A stretch of DNA of 56,927 nucleotides, taken from sequence record SRR31156797_150; one strand, written 5' to 3'. Position numbers and translations under genes: made by a program. Shown here piece by piece: positions 48,946-56,927 of this stretch (position 1 is its first letter; every line of letters begins with the position of its first letter). The notes below the pieces were generated by a model, which ran no database searches, was not told the origin of the DNA, and saw only the letters and a list, made by a program, of their open reading frames with translations.

Positions 48946-49011
48946 TTTAAACTTTCTATCGAATTTTAGATGTTATTAAATCAATAATCTGTTTCTACCG
49001 TAAACCGGAAG

Positions 49012-49054
49012 AAATAAAACCCATGCCTTTTAAAAGAAGACACAGGTTTTATTT
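49012..49054 (-). terminator. Hairpin/terminator after the RRM gene
   Basis: Minus strand AAATAAAACC-TGTGTCTT...AAGGCATG-GGTTTTATTT; the inner stem pairs only on this strand, through G-U pairs. Confidence 0.55.
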
Positions 49055-49065
49055 TACCTCAAGAA

Positions 49066-49320
49066 TTAATAATTCTCTCTTCTTGGGCGGGCTTCGTTTA
49101 CGGTGATGTTTCTGTCGTGATTTGAACTGCCGTTCAATTCTTCGATAGCTGTTTTTGCTTCTGATTCATCATCCATTTCAACAAAACCAAATCCCTTACT
49201 TCGTCCACTGTACTTATCAGTGATAACTTTGGCTGAACTTACTGTACCATAGGCGCTGAAGAGTTCTTCAAGTTCCTGTTCATCAACCTTGAAGTCAAGG
49301 TTTCCTACATAAATATTCAT
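49066..49320 (-). CDS. RRM (RNP-1) RNA-binding protein
   Basis: IYVGNL (RNP2), KGFGFVEM (RNP1), ITVNEARPR; -7 element TACCTTTG at 49434-49441. Confidence 0.95.
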   Translation of the reverse strand: MNIYVGNLDFKVDEQELEELFSAYGTVSSAKVITDKYSGRSKGFGFVEMDDESEAKTAIEELNGSSNHDRNITVNEARPRRENY

Positions 49321-49916
49321 AATAAAAAATTGTTATGTGACTAATAATTCAAAAAAAATGGTGCAATTTAGAACTAACAACACTGAGGGCATTAGCAAAC
49401 ATTTACGCAGTTTTTTTAAATCTGTAATTGCTGCAAAGGTAGTTTTTATTTCGCAATTGCTAAATTTTTCAGAAACTTTAGCAGCTTCAATGTTAGTAAT
49501 TTAAAGTTCAATTGGTAGTTAATCGGTGGAAGTTTTGACGGTTGTGGCATGCTGGATTGTTAAAAATCGCTCATTTGCAAATGATTGGAATCCAAAGTTA
49601 CCCCATTTAATCATGTGATGATGTTAGGATGGCATACCCGTATAATTCACCAAAATCGTGCGCTGATGCCACGTCCTGAAGGGTGTGGGTACAAAATTTA
49701 TTATTTTGAGTATTAATCGTTCAGCGGTAGTTTCAAGCTTATAATCCTCGTATAGTTTTTATTCAGCTTACAGTTTGGGTTGTATTTCAGGATGATCGTG
49801 TTCCTTTCCATAGTTGCCAGGTTACAAAATCAGAATTCATTGCCCGGAAAACGCTTTGAAAGCATTGCTTTGAAAATATTTATTTTCGTGCAAAATACAT
49901 ATTATCACATTTAAAA

Positions 49917-50558
49917 ATGACTGCATTCACAACAGTTGATATAAATACCTGGCCACGGCAGAAGCAATTCGATTTTTTTAAGGATTTTGAGGAGCCGTTT
50001 TTTAATGTTACCGCAAACGTTGTGGTTGGTAGTTTACGGCAATGGGCAAAAACCAATGGGTACGCTTTAAATTTGGCGGTCCTTTTTGTTTCGCAAAGGG
50101 TCATTAATTCCATACCCGAATTTAGAATGCGAATTGTGGGCGATGAGGTGAGGTTGTATGAGGAGGTTCAGTGTGGATCGACCATATTCATGCCGGATAA
50201 AACCTTTAGCTTTTGCTATTTTGAAAATGCAGCTTCTATGGCGGAATTCGATAAAACAGGTAAAGGAAAAATTCTCCATTTGAAACAAACCGGTGATTTC
50301 GACCCACGTGATGAACAGTTGAACATCATTCATTACTCTACCCTGCCCTGGATAAGTTTTTCATCTGTCAAGCATCCACGCAGGTTTAGTTTCCCGGATT
50401 CATTACCCAAAATTGTTTTTGGTAAGATTCATCAGAAGGGTGGTGAAAATGTTATTCCGGTTTCGGTGGAGGCTCATCATGCATTGATTGATGGCTACCA
50501 TATCGGTTTGTATTTAAATGGCTTGGAATCAGCAATTAAAAACCTATTTCAGGAATAG
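49917..50558 (+). CDS. CatA-like (chloramphenicol acetyltransferase family) O-acetyltransferase
   Basis: W.R..QFDFF, INSIPEFRMR, STLPWISFS, PKIVFGK, HHALIDGYH (catalytic His). Confidence 0.88.
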   Translation: MTAFTTVDINTWPRQKQFDFFKDFEEPFFNVTANVVVGSLRQWAKTNGYALNLAVLFVSQRVINSIPEFRMRIVGDEVRLYEEVQCGSTIFMPDKTFSFCYFENAASMAEFDKTGKGKILHLKQTGDFDPRDEQLNIIHYSTLPWISFSSVKHPRRFSFPDSLPKIVFGKIHQKGGENVIPVSVEAHHALIDGYHIGLYLNGLESAIKNLFQE

Positions 50559-51215
50559 ATGATAACACGTGTAAAAATATGCTGCATATCGGGCGTGGAT
50601 GAAGCAAGGCTGGCAATAAAGTACGGTGCTTCGGCCATCGGTTTGGTTGGGCACATGCCCAGCGGACCGGGGGTTATTACTGATCAATTGATCACAAAAA
50701 TCGCACAATCTGTTCCTCCTGGCCTGTCCACGTTCCTGCTCACCAGCGAAACCACTTCAGCCGGTATTATCAAACATGTCAAATCAGCCTGCACCAACAC
50801 GGTTCAAATTGTTGATACGCCAGAACCAGGAGCTTACCAAAAAATCAGGCAAGAGTTACCCTGGTTAAAGATCGTACAGGTGATTCATGTTATTGATAAG
50901 GATAGTGTTGATGAGGCCATTAATATTTCTTACCGGGTTGATGCGTTGCTGTTGGATAGCGGCAATCCAAAATTGAAGGTAAAAGTTCTTGGCGGAACTG
51001 GCAGAGTGCACAACTGGGAACTCAGCCGAAAGATTGTAAGAGGTTCTAAAGTGCCGGTGTTCCTGGCCGGGGGATTAAAACCCGAAAATGTGAAGGAAGC
51101 CATCCAAAAAGTTGGCCCTTACGGGGTAGATGTTTGTAGTGGGGTAAGGACTGATGGCAGATTGGATGAGGGAAAATTAATGCGATTTATGGAAAAAGTG
51201 ACTTTCAAAGGTTGA
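50559..51215 (+). CDS. trpF: Phosphoribosylanthranilate isomerase family protein
   Basis: RVKICCI, ALLLDS, GGTGRVHNW, FLAGGLKPENV, GVDVCSGV. Confidence 0.85.
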   Translation: MITRVKICCISGVDEARLAIKYGASAIGLVGHMPSGPGVITDQLITKIAQSVPPGLSTFLLTSETTSAGIIKHVKSACTNTVQIVDTPEPGAYQKIRQELPWLKIVQVIHVIDKDSVDEAINISYRVDALLLDSGNPKLKVKVLGGTGRVHNWELSRKIVRGSKVPVFLAGGLKPENVKEAIQKVGPYGVDVCSGVRTDGRLDEGKLMRFMEKVTFKG

Positions 51216-51224
51216 CCTTTGATA

Positions 51225-51968
51225 ATGGATAAAATGATCCAAATAAGATTTTACGAGGAGCTCAACGATTTTTTGCCACACCAAAAAAGAAAGCGGGATT
51301 TTGAGTTTGAATTTAAAATCAACCAAACCATAAAAGATGCCATCGAGGCTCTGGGTGTGCCACACACCGAAGTGGATTTGATTTTGATTAACGGTGAACC
51401 GGTTGGGTTTGATAATCAGATGCAGGCCGGGGATCGCATCTCGGTTTATCCGGTTTTTGAGAGCCTGGATATTTCACTGGTAAACCGGCTTCGCCCGGAG
51501 CCCTTGCGCGAAATACGTTTTATCCTGGATGTGCACCTTGGGAAATTGTGCCGGTATCTGCGCATGCTGGGTTTTGATACCTATTATCGTAATGATCTGG
51601 ATGATCCTGAAATCATTGAAAGGTCAGTTAACGAAAAGCGGATTATCCTCACCAGGGATTTGGGCATTTTAAAGCATGGCCGTGTGACCCATGGATATTT
51701 CCTGCGGTCACAAAATTCAAAAACCCAATTGGAGGAGGTTATCAAAAGGTTTGACCTGAAAAGCCAGGTAACTCCTTTTAAAAGATGTATGGAATGCAAT
51801 GGCCTGATGACACAGGTTAAAAAAGCAGAAATTGAACATCAACTAAAGGAGGGGACCAAAAATTGCTATGATGATTTCTTTCAGTGCAAATCCTGCAAAA
51901 AGTTGTACTGGGAAGGGTCACACTATCAAAAAATGCAGGAATTTATGCGTTCAGTTTTGCAGAAATAA
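51225..51968 (+). CDS. Mut7-C RNase (PIN) domain protein with N-terminal ubiquitin-like domain
   Basis: RFYEELNDFL...TIKDAIEALGVPHTEVDLILING (Ub-Mut7C), FILDVHLGKLCRYLRMLGFDT, RIILTRD, zinc ribbon CMEC...CKSC..LYWEGSH. Confidence 0.9.
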   Translation: MDKMIQIRFYEELNDFLPHQKRKRDFEFEFKINQTIKDAIEALGVPHTEVDLILINGEPVGFDNQMQAGDRISVYPVFESLDISLVNRLRPEPLREIRFILDVHLGKLCRYLRMLGFDTYYRNDLDDPEIIERSVNEKRIILTRDLGILKHGRVTHGYFLRSQNSKTQLEEVIKRFDLKSQVTPFKRCMECNGLMTQVKKAEIEHQLKEGTKNCYDDFFQCKSCKKLYWEGSHYQKMQEFMRSVLQK

Positions 51969-52003
51969 AAAATGCCGGAAATCATTTCCCGGCATTCTTT
52001 CAT
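51969..52003. terminator. Bidirectional terminator between the convergent Mut7-C gene and ackA
   Basis: AATGCCGG...CCGGCATT stem flanked by an A-run and a T-rich run. Confidence 0.7.
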
Positions 52004-52017
52004 TTATAACGCTCAGG

Positions 52018-53217
52018 TTATTTGCTAACGATCTCGTAGGTGTCTTTCGCAATCATCATTTCCTCATTGGTAGGAACCACCAAAACTTTCACTATCGATC
52101 CGGGCTTTGACAGGATGATCTCTTTTCCACGTAATCCTTTATTCAGGTCAAAGTCGAAATCAATGCCCAGGAACTCCAAACCTTCAATCACATTAGCGCG
52201 GGTCACGGAATCATTTTCCCCAATTCCACCGGTGAAAACAATCGTGTCAACACCACCCATTGCTGCCGCATAGGCCCCAATATATTTCTTCACACGATAG
52301 GCATACATTTTATAAGCAACCTGTGCCCGGTGGTTTCCTTCTTCTGCCGCAATCTCCACATCACGCATATCCGACGAAAGCCTTGAAACACCCAGCACAC
52401 CGCTGAACTTGTTCACCAATGTATTGGCTGTTTTCAAATTCAGGTCTTCCTTGTTCATGATGTGGAACAATGCACCCACATCCAGGTCGCCACAACGTGT
52501 GCCCATCATCACCCCTTCAATCGGGGTCATCCCCATTGATGTATCCACTGATTCGCCATACTTTACGGCTGCCATTGATGCACCATTGCCAAGGTGGCAG
52601 GTTACGATCTTTTGTTTTTTAATGTCAACATTTAAAACTTCACAAGCGCGGGCCGAAACATATTTGTGGCTGGTTCCGTGAAATCCGTAGCGGCGGATTT
52701 TATGTTTTTCGTAAAGTGAGTATGGAATACCGTAAAGGAATGAATGCTCAGGCATGGTCTGATGGAAAGCAGTATCGAAAACACCGGCCTGCGGGATGCC
52801 CGGGAGCAGTTGCTTCATCGCGTAAATCCCTTTGAGGTTAGGTGGGTTGTGCAACGGTGCGAGCTCTGACGATTCTTCAAGCGCATCAATTACTTCCTCT
52901 GTAATGGCTACACTGCCACTGAATTCTTCTCCTCCGTGAACCACACGGTGCCCAACAGCCTGGATTTCGTCCAGGGCTTTCAGGCTTCCGTAATCTTTAT
53001 CAGTGAGCACACCAAGCAAATATTCTATACCCGATTGGTGGTCCAGGATTTCGCCTTCAGCCCTGAGTTCTTTTCCATCGTTGCGTTTATGTTTGATGGA
53101 AGCGCCCTTAAGCCCGATCTTATCCACGAGGCCCTTGGCTAAAACCTCGTTTTCAGGCATATTAAAGAGTTGATATTTTATGGACGAACTTCCGCAATTC
53201 AATACGATAATTTTCAT
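52018..53217 (-). CDS. ackA: Acetate kinase
   Basis: VLNCGSSSIKYQL, GHRVVHGG, LAPLHNP, FDTAFH, RRYGFHGTSH, CHLGNGAS, FTGGIGEN, PTNEE. Confidence 0.98.
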   Translation of the reverse strand: MKIIVLNCGSSSIKYQLFNMPENEVLAKGLVDKIGLKGASIKHKRNDGKELRAEGEILDHQSGIEYLLGVLTDKDYGSLKALDEIQAVGHRVVHGGEEFSGSVAITEEVIDALEESSELAPLHNPPNLKGIYAMKQLLPGIPQAGVFDTAFHQTMPEHSFLYGIPYSLYEKHKIRRYGFHGTSHKYVSARACEVLNVDIKKQKIVTCHLGNGASMAAVKYGESVDTSMGMTPIEGVMMGTRCGDLDVGALFHIMNKEDLNLKTANTLVNKFSGVLGVSRLSSDMRDVEIAAEEGNHRAQVAYKMYAYRVKKYIGAYAAAMGGVDTIVFTGGIGENDSVTRANVIEGLEFLGIDFDFDLNKGLRGKEIILSKPGSIVKVLVVPTNEEMMIAKDTYEIVSK

Positions 53218-53257
53218 GTCTTCTGATTTTTTACAACAGTTAAACCTTGGTTTATGA

Positions 53258-54223
53258 CTATCTGCCCAGCGTACGAACGGATCCTGTTTTTGCAATTTTC
53301 ACACCGTCTTTCCAGTAATAGAATCCCTCGCCAACATAGCGGCCAAGCATTTTGGCCCTGACCATTCTTTTAATGATGGGAGAGGGCTTATATTTGAGAT
53401 CGCCCTGCTCATGGTAAAGGTTTTGCATCCATTTGTGGATTTTATCCACACCAAACTTATCAGCCATTTCAAACGGACCAAACTCAAATCCGGTGGCTTC
53501 TTTCATCACCTCATCAATGTCGGTAACTGTGGCAACCCCTTCCATCAAAACGCTACAGGCTTCGTTGATCATGGTCGCGATCATTCTGGTACTGATATTC
53601 CCGGGCGATTCGCTGCATTCGATGATCTTTTTGCCGATCATTTTCGAAAACTTTTCCACCATGTGAAATGTATCATCACTGGTGTTGGCATGGCGCACAA
53701 CCTCAACAATGTTGATTTTTGAAACCGGGCTGATAAAATGCATACCAAGGGCTCTTTCGGGACGCTCAAGCACCGATGCCAGGTCAGAGATCATAAGCGT
53801 GGCTGTATTTGAAGTGATTACGGTTTTTTCGTCCACAACCTGTTCAACCCTGCGGAAAACCTCCAATCGCTCCTCAAGGCTGGTGCCAGATTTCTTTGAA
53901 TGGATGGTTTCGATGATGATGTCGCAATCACTAATTTCAGCATAATCGGTAGAACCATTTATGCGGGACAGCACAAGTTTTTTCTCGCCCCCTGTCATGC
54001 CCCACTTTGCAATGCGGCTTTCCAGTTCGTTATCCATGCGTTGCATGATTTCTTGAATTCGTGTTTCACTCAGGTCTATGAAAACCACTTCGATGCCCTT
54101 ATGGCTCACATGAAGTGCAATCTCCTGTCCTACAGAGCCACAACCAATCAGTCCGACTTTCTGTAGCATTCCTTTTGGCTGAAGGTTCTTGCTCAGGCTA
54201 AATCGTTCGAGTTTTTCTGCCAT
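53258..54223 (-). CDS. 3-hydroxyacyl-CoA dehydrogenase family protein (divergent)
   Basis: GLIGCGSVG, SNTA, GMHFISP, VEVV, GPFEMAD..GVD, GEGFY; -7 element TACTTTTG at 54296-54303. Confidence 0.85.
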   Translation of the reverse strand: MAEKLERFSLSKNLQPKGMLQKVGLIGCGSVGQEIALHVSHKGIEVVFIDLSETRIQEIMQRMDNELESRIAKWGMTGGEKKLVLSRINGSTDYAEISDCDIIIETIHSKKSGTSLEERLEVFRRVEQVVDEKTVITSNTATLMISDLASVLERPERALGMHFISPVSKINIVEVVRHANTSDDTFHMVEKFSKMIGKKIIECSESPGNISTRMIATMINEACSVLMEGVATVTDIDEVMKEATGFEFGPFEMADKFGVDKIHKWMQNLYHEQGDLKYKPSPIIKRMVRAKMLGRYVGEGFYYWKDGVKIAKTGSVRTLGR

Positions 54224-54543
54224 AATTTTGGGTTTATGAGATGCTTAATATGTTGATATCCAAATATTAAAATGTTAGTCTTCTGATTTTCGGCGCAAAA
54301 GTAAGTAAGTTATCCGCGGATTTTTTGATGTAAGAAATTATTTATAAAGAGTTTAAATTTAAAATGGCTCCAAATGAACTGCCAATTTAATATTTCTAAA
54401 AAGGATCGCTAAAGATCAGAAATACAGTGCTTTAAAAAATCAGTACAAAAATTATTTATGTCATATTCAAGGATTTGAAAATACCTGCACCCGAATGTGT
54501 CAATATTTAGAATCAATCAATTTTTATTCACAAAAAAATGTTA

Positions 54544-54551
54544 TAATTTTG
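54544..54551 (+). promoter_or_regulatory. -7 element of the porin-acs promoter
   Basis: TAATTTTG (TAnnTTTG). Confidence 0.6.
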
Positions 54552-54567
54552 GCAGCTAATTGATTAA

Positions 54568-54585
54568 TTGTTAATAAATTAACAA
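54568..54585. promoter_or_regulatory. Rex-type operator upstream of porin-acs
   Basis: TTGTTAA-TAAA-TTAACAA; arms identical to the hoxF operator; lies between the -7 element and the ATG. Confidence 0.75.
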
Positions 54586-54607
54586 TGTAAATACCTAATA
54601 CTCAGCT

Positions 54608-55897
54608 ATGAAAAAAATCATTGTACTACTTCTTGGGTTGTTTTGTGTGCTAACAATTTCTTACGCACAGGATGCCCAAAAATTCGGGATTAAATTCACG
54701 GGTTTTGTTAAAACAGATATTTATTATGACTCCCGTCAGTCTGTTTCAATTCGTGATGGTCATTTCCTGCTGTATCCAAAAAATGAGATGACCGACTGGA
54801 ATGGTGATGATATAAATGCAAAGGATGTGTTTAATATTATCAGCATCCAAACCCGTTTACGCGGCAACATTACCGGGCCCGATGCATTTGGAGCCAAAAC
54901 TTCAGGTGCTATTGAAGGCGAGTTTTTTGGTCATGCATCAGGAGAAATTAATGAGTTCAGGCTGCGTCATGCCTATGTGAAGCTCGACTGGACAAACGCT
55001 CAATTACTTGTTGGGCAATACTGGCATCCGTTGTTTGTAACAGGATGTTTCCCCGGCACAGTTTCCTTCAACACGGGAGTGCCGTTTTTGCCATTTACCA
55101 GAAATCCCCAGATCAGGTTTACACAAAAATTTGCTGACTTTAAAGTGATGGTGTCGGCTATTACACAACGCGATTTTTTAAGCACCGGACCAGATGGCCC
55201 CAGCACAAAATACATGCGTAATTCTGTTATCCCGGCCCTTAATCTCCGACTAGAATATGGCTCAAAATATGATAACGGTCATGAGGTGTTGTTTGGCCTT
55301 GCTGCGAATTACAAAGCCATTTTGCCCAGGATGCAAACGGTAGCAGGCTATAAAACCAATACCAAGGCCACAAGCACACTTTTTATGGCTTATCTGAAAT
55401 ATGTGGTTCCTGCGGTAACTTTTAAACTGGGTGCAACGCACGGACAGGATGCCTATAACCTGACGATGATTGGTGGGTATGCAGTTGATAAATTTAATGA
55501 TGAGATTACACAGGATATGGATTATACCCCTTATCAGACTTTGGCCCTGTGGGGTGATTTCCATACCAACGATAAAGTGTGGCAGGTTGGGCTATTCATG
55601 GGTTATACCAAAAATTTGGGCACGGTAGAAAGTATTCTTATGGGCGAAGATGGGGTTGTAGATTCTCAGTATGTTTATGCCAGAGGTGCTGATATTGATT
55701 ACGTTTACAGATTTTCACCACGTTTTATATACAACACGGGCAAGTTCAGGATAGCTCCGGAAATTGAATACACCGTTGCTGCTTATGCAACTATCCATAA
55801 TGATTGGAGCTACAACATCGATTCGAAGGGCAAAGTTACCGACTCGAAAGAGGTTGGCATGGTGAGGTTTTTACTCGGCGTATATTATTTCTTTTAA
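54608..55897 (+). CDS. Outer-membrane beta-barrel porin (DcaP-like)
   Basis: Signal peptide; GFVKTDIYYD, QTRL, IEGEFFG, FRLRHAY, GQYWHP, RNPQIR; C-terminal aromatic YYFF. Confidence 0.75.
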   Translation: MKKIIVLLLGLFCVLTISYAQDAQKFGIKFTGFVKTDIYYDSRQSVSIRDGHFLLYPKNEMTDWNGDDINAKDVFNIISIQTRLRGNITGPDAFGAKTSGAIEGEFFGHASGEINEFRLRHAYVKLDWTNAQLLVGQYWHPLFVTGCFPGTVSFNTGVPFLPFTRNPQIRFTQKFADFKVMVSAITQRDFLSTGPDGPSTKYMRNSVIPALNLRLEYGSKYDNGHEVLFGLAANYKAILPRMQTVAGYKTNTKATSTLFMAYLKYVVPAVTFKLGATHGQDAYNLTMIGGYAVDKFNDEITQDMDYTPYQTLALWGDFHTNDKVWQVGLFMGYTKNLGTVESILMGEDGVVDSQYVYARGADIDYVYRFSPRFIYNTGKFRIAPEIEYTVAAYATIHNDWSYNIDSKGKVTDSKEVGMVRFLLGVYYFF

Positions 55898-55956
55898 CAG
55901 ATAAAATTCATTCAATAGTTCAATTTATTTAAACTAATAATTAAACCAAAAAGATT

Positions 55957-56927
55957 ATGACGAACAAGATTTCAAACCTGGCGGAATATTTTCAAAAGTA
56001 CCAGGAAAGTGTAGCAAATCCTGAAGGATTCTGGGCAGAAATTGCAGAAAGCCACTATTGGCACAAGAAATGGGACAAGGTATTGGATTGGTATTTTGAT
56101 GGTAAGGATGCACCATACGTTAAATGGTTCCAGAATGGTAAGCTTAACATTACCGAGAATATTTTCGAAAGGAATATGTTCCAGCGTAAAGATCAACCGG
56201 CGATTATCTGGGAACCCAATGATCCAAAAGAAGATAATGTAACTTACACGTATGGTGAGCTATACGAAAAGGTTTGCCAGTTTGCAAATGTACTGAAAGC
56301 ACAAGGCGTAGAAAAAGGTGACCGTGTGGCCATTTACCTCCCCATGATACCTGAGCTGGCAATCGCCATGCTGGCATGCGCACGAATTGGTGCCATCCAC
56401 AGCATTGTATTCGCCGGATTCTCGGCTAACGCACTCGCCGACAGGATCAACGACTCAACCTGTAAGGTGGTCATCACCTCCGATGGTGCATATCGTGGAA
56501 CCAAAAATGTTCCCCTGAAAGAGATCGTTGACAAAGCACTTGAAACCTGCCCTTCAATAGAAACATCAATCGTTTACAAGCGTACAGGCGAAAATATCGA
56601 AATGAAAGAAGGCCGTGACCTTTGGTGGCACGACCTGATTGAAGGTGTGAGTACAGAAAACAAAGCCGAGGTAATGGAATCTGAAGATACACTCTTCATA
56701 CTTTATACTTCCGGGTCAACCGGAAAACCAAAAGGTGTTCAGCACTCAACAGCCGGATATATGATTTATGCTGAGTATACCTTTAAAAATGTATTCCAAT
56801 ACAGCGATGGCGATGTTTACTGGTGTACAGCAGATATCGGTTGGGTAACAGGGCATTCTTACATCGTTTACGGTCCGTTGCTTGCCGGTGCCACATCAAT
56901 TATGTTTGAAGGTGTACCAACATGGCC
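55957..56927 (+). CDS. acs: Acetyl-CoA synthetase (acetate-CoA ligase), 5' part running off the window end; absent from the ORF track
   Basis: Translated by hand from ATG 55957: MTNKISNLAEY...PEGFW...WFQNGKLNITEN...GDRVAIYLPMIPE..IAMLACARIGAIHSIVFAGFS...LFILYTSGSTGKPKGVQH...YWCTADIGWVTGHSYIVYGPL. Confidence 0.96.
   Translation, partial: MTNKISNLAEYFQKYQESVANPEGFWAEIAESHYWHKKWDKVLDWYFDGKDAPYVKWFQNGKLNITENIFERNMFQRKDQPAIIWEPNDPKEDNVTYTYGELYEKVCQFANVLKAQGVEKGDRVAIYLPMIPELAIAMLACARIGAIHSIVFAGFSANALADRINDSTCKVVITSDGAYRGTKNVPLKEIVDKALETCPSIETSIVYKRTGENIEMKEGRDLWWHDLIEGVSTENKAEVMESEDTLFILYTSGSTGKPKGVQHSTAGYMIYAEYTFKNVFQYSDGDVYWCTADIGWVTGHSYIVYGPLLAGATSIMFEGVPTW

Noticed and set aside
49917-50558. 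Acquired chloramphenicol-resistance cassette
   Set aside because: No integron, IS or other mobility signal; embedded in a chromosomal operon; activity on chloramphenicol is unproven
54516-54533. Extra Rex half-site (TTCACAA), and a TTGTTAT...CTAATAA near-match around 49330-49347
   Set aside because: Only one arm matches, or there are too many mismatches for AT-rich DNA
1-56927. tRNA, rRNA, riboswitch, prophage, transposon or anti-phage defence genes
   Set aside because: No recognisable signatures on reading; small structured RNAs cannot be excluded without a covariance-model search

Overview
Chromosomal window from an anaerobic Bacteroidota, probably Bacteroidales. The evidence is recurrent TAnnTTTG -7 promoter elements, a T9SS C-terminal domain, DUF4294 and Bacteroidetes-type tig-clpP-clpX. 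I found no rRNA, tRNA, CRISPR array or transposase. Most genes are housekeeping: tig, clpP, clpX, guaA, truA, kdsA, yggS, prmC, trpF, ackA and a partial acs. Three accessory modules stand out. (1) A 1460-aa secreted clan GH-A glycoside hydrolase with five copies of a 'DEQxxxGDP' beta-sandwich repeat, paired with a small T9SS protein. (2) A hydrogen/redox island between guaA and truA: a UreH/NicO-type Ni transporter, a 75-aa 4-Cys protein, a Rex-family repressor, a CDF transporter and hoxFUYH-hoxW plus a dihydroorotate-dehydrogenase-like flavoprotein. A perfect TTGTTAA-N4-TTAACAA Rex-type operator sits at the hoxF promoter and a second one at the porin-acs promoter about 31 kb away. (3) A three-gene cluster of an ATP-grasp amino-acid ligase, a 664-aa orphan protein with an apparent papain-fold Gln/Cys/His/Asn catalytic set, and an Alr-family racemase with the Tyr354->Asn change seen in serine racemases. 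Module 3 is the best candidate for an undescribed system, a non-ribosomal pathway for a D-amino-acid-containing peptide. All family calls come from reading motifs by eye; no database searches were run.
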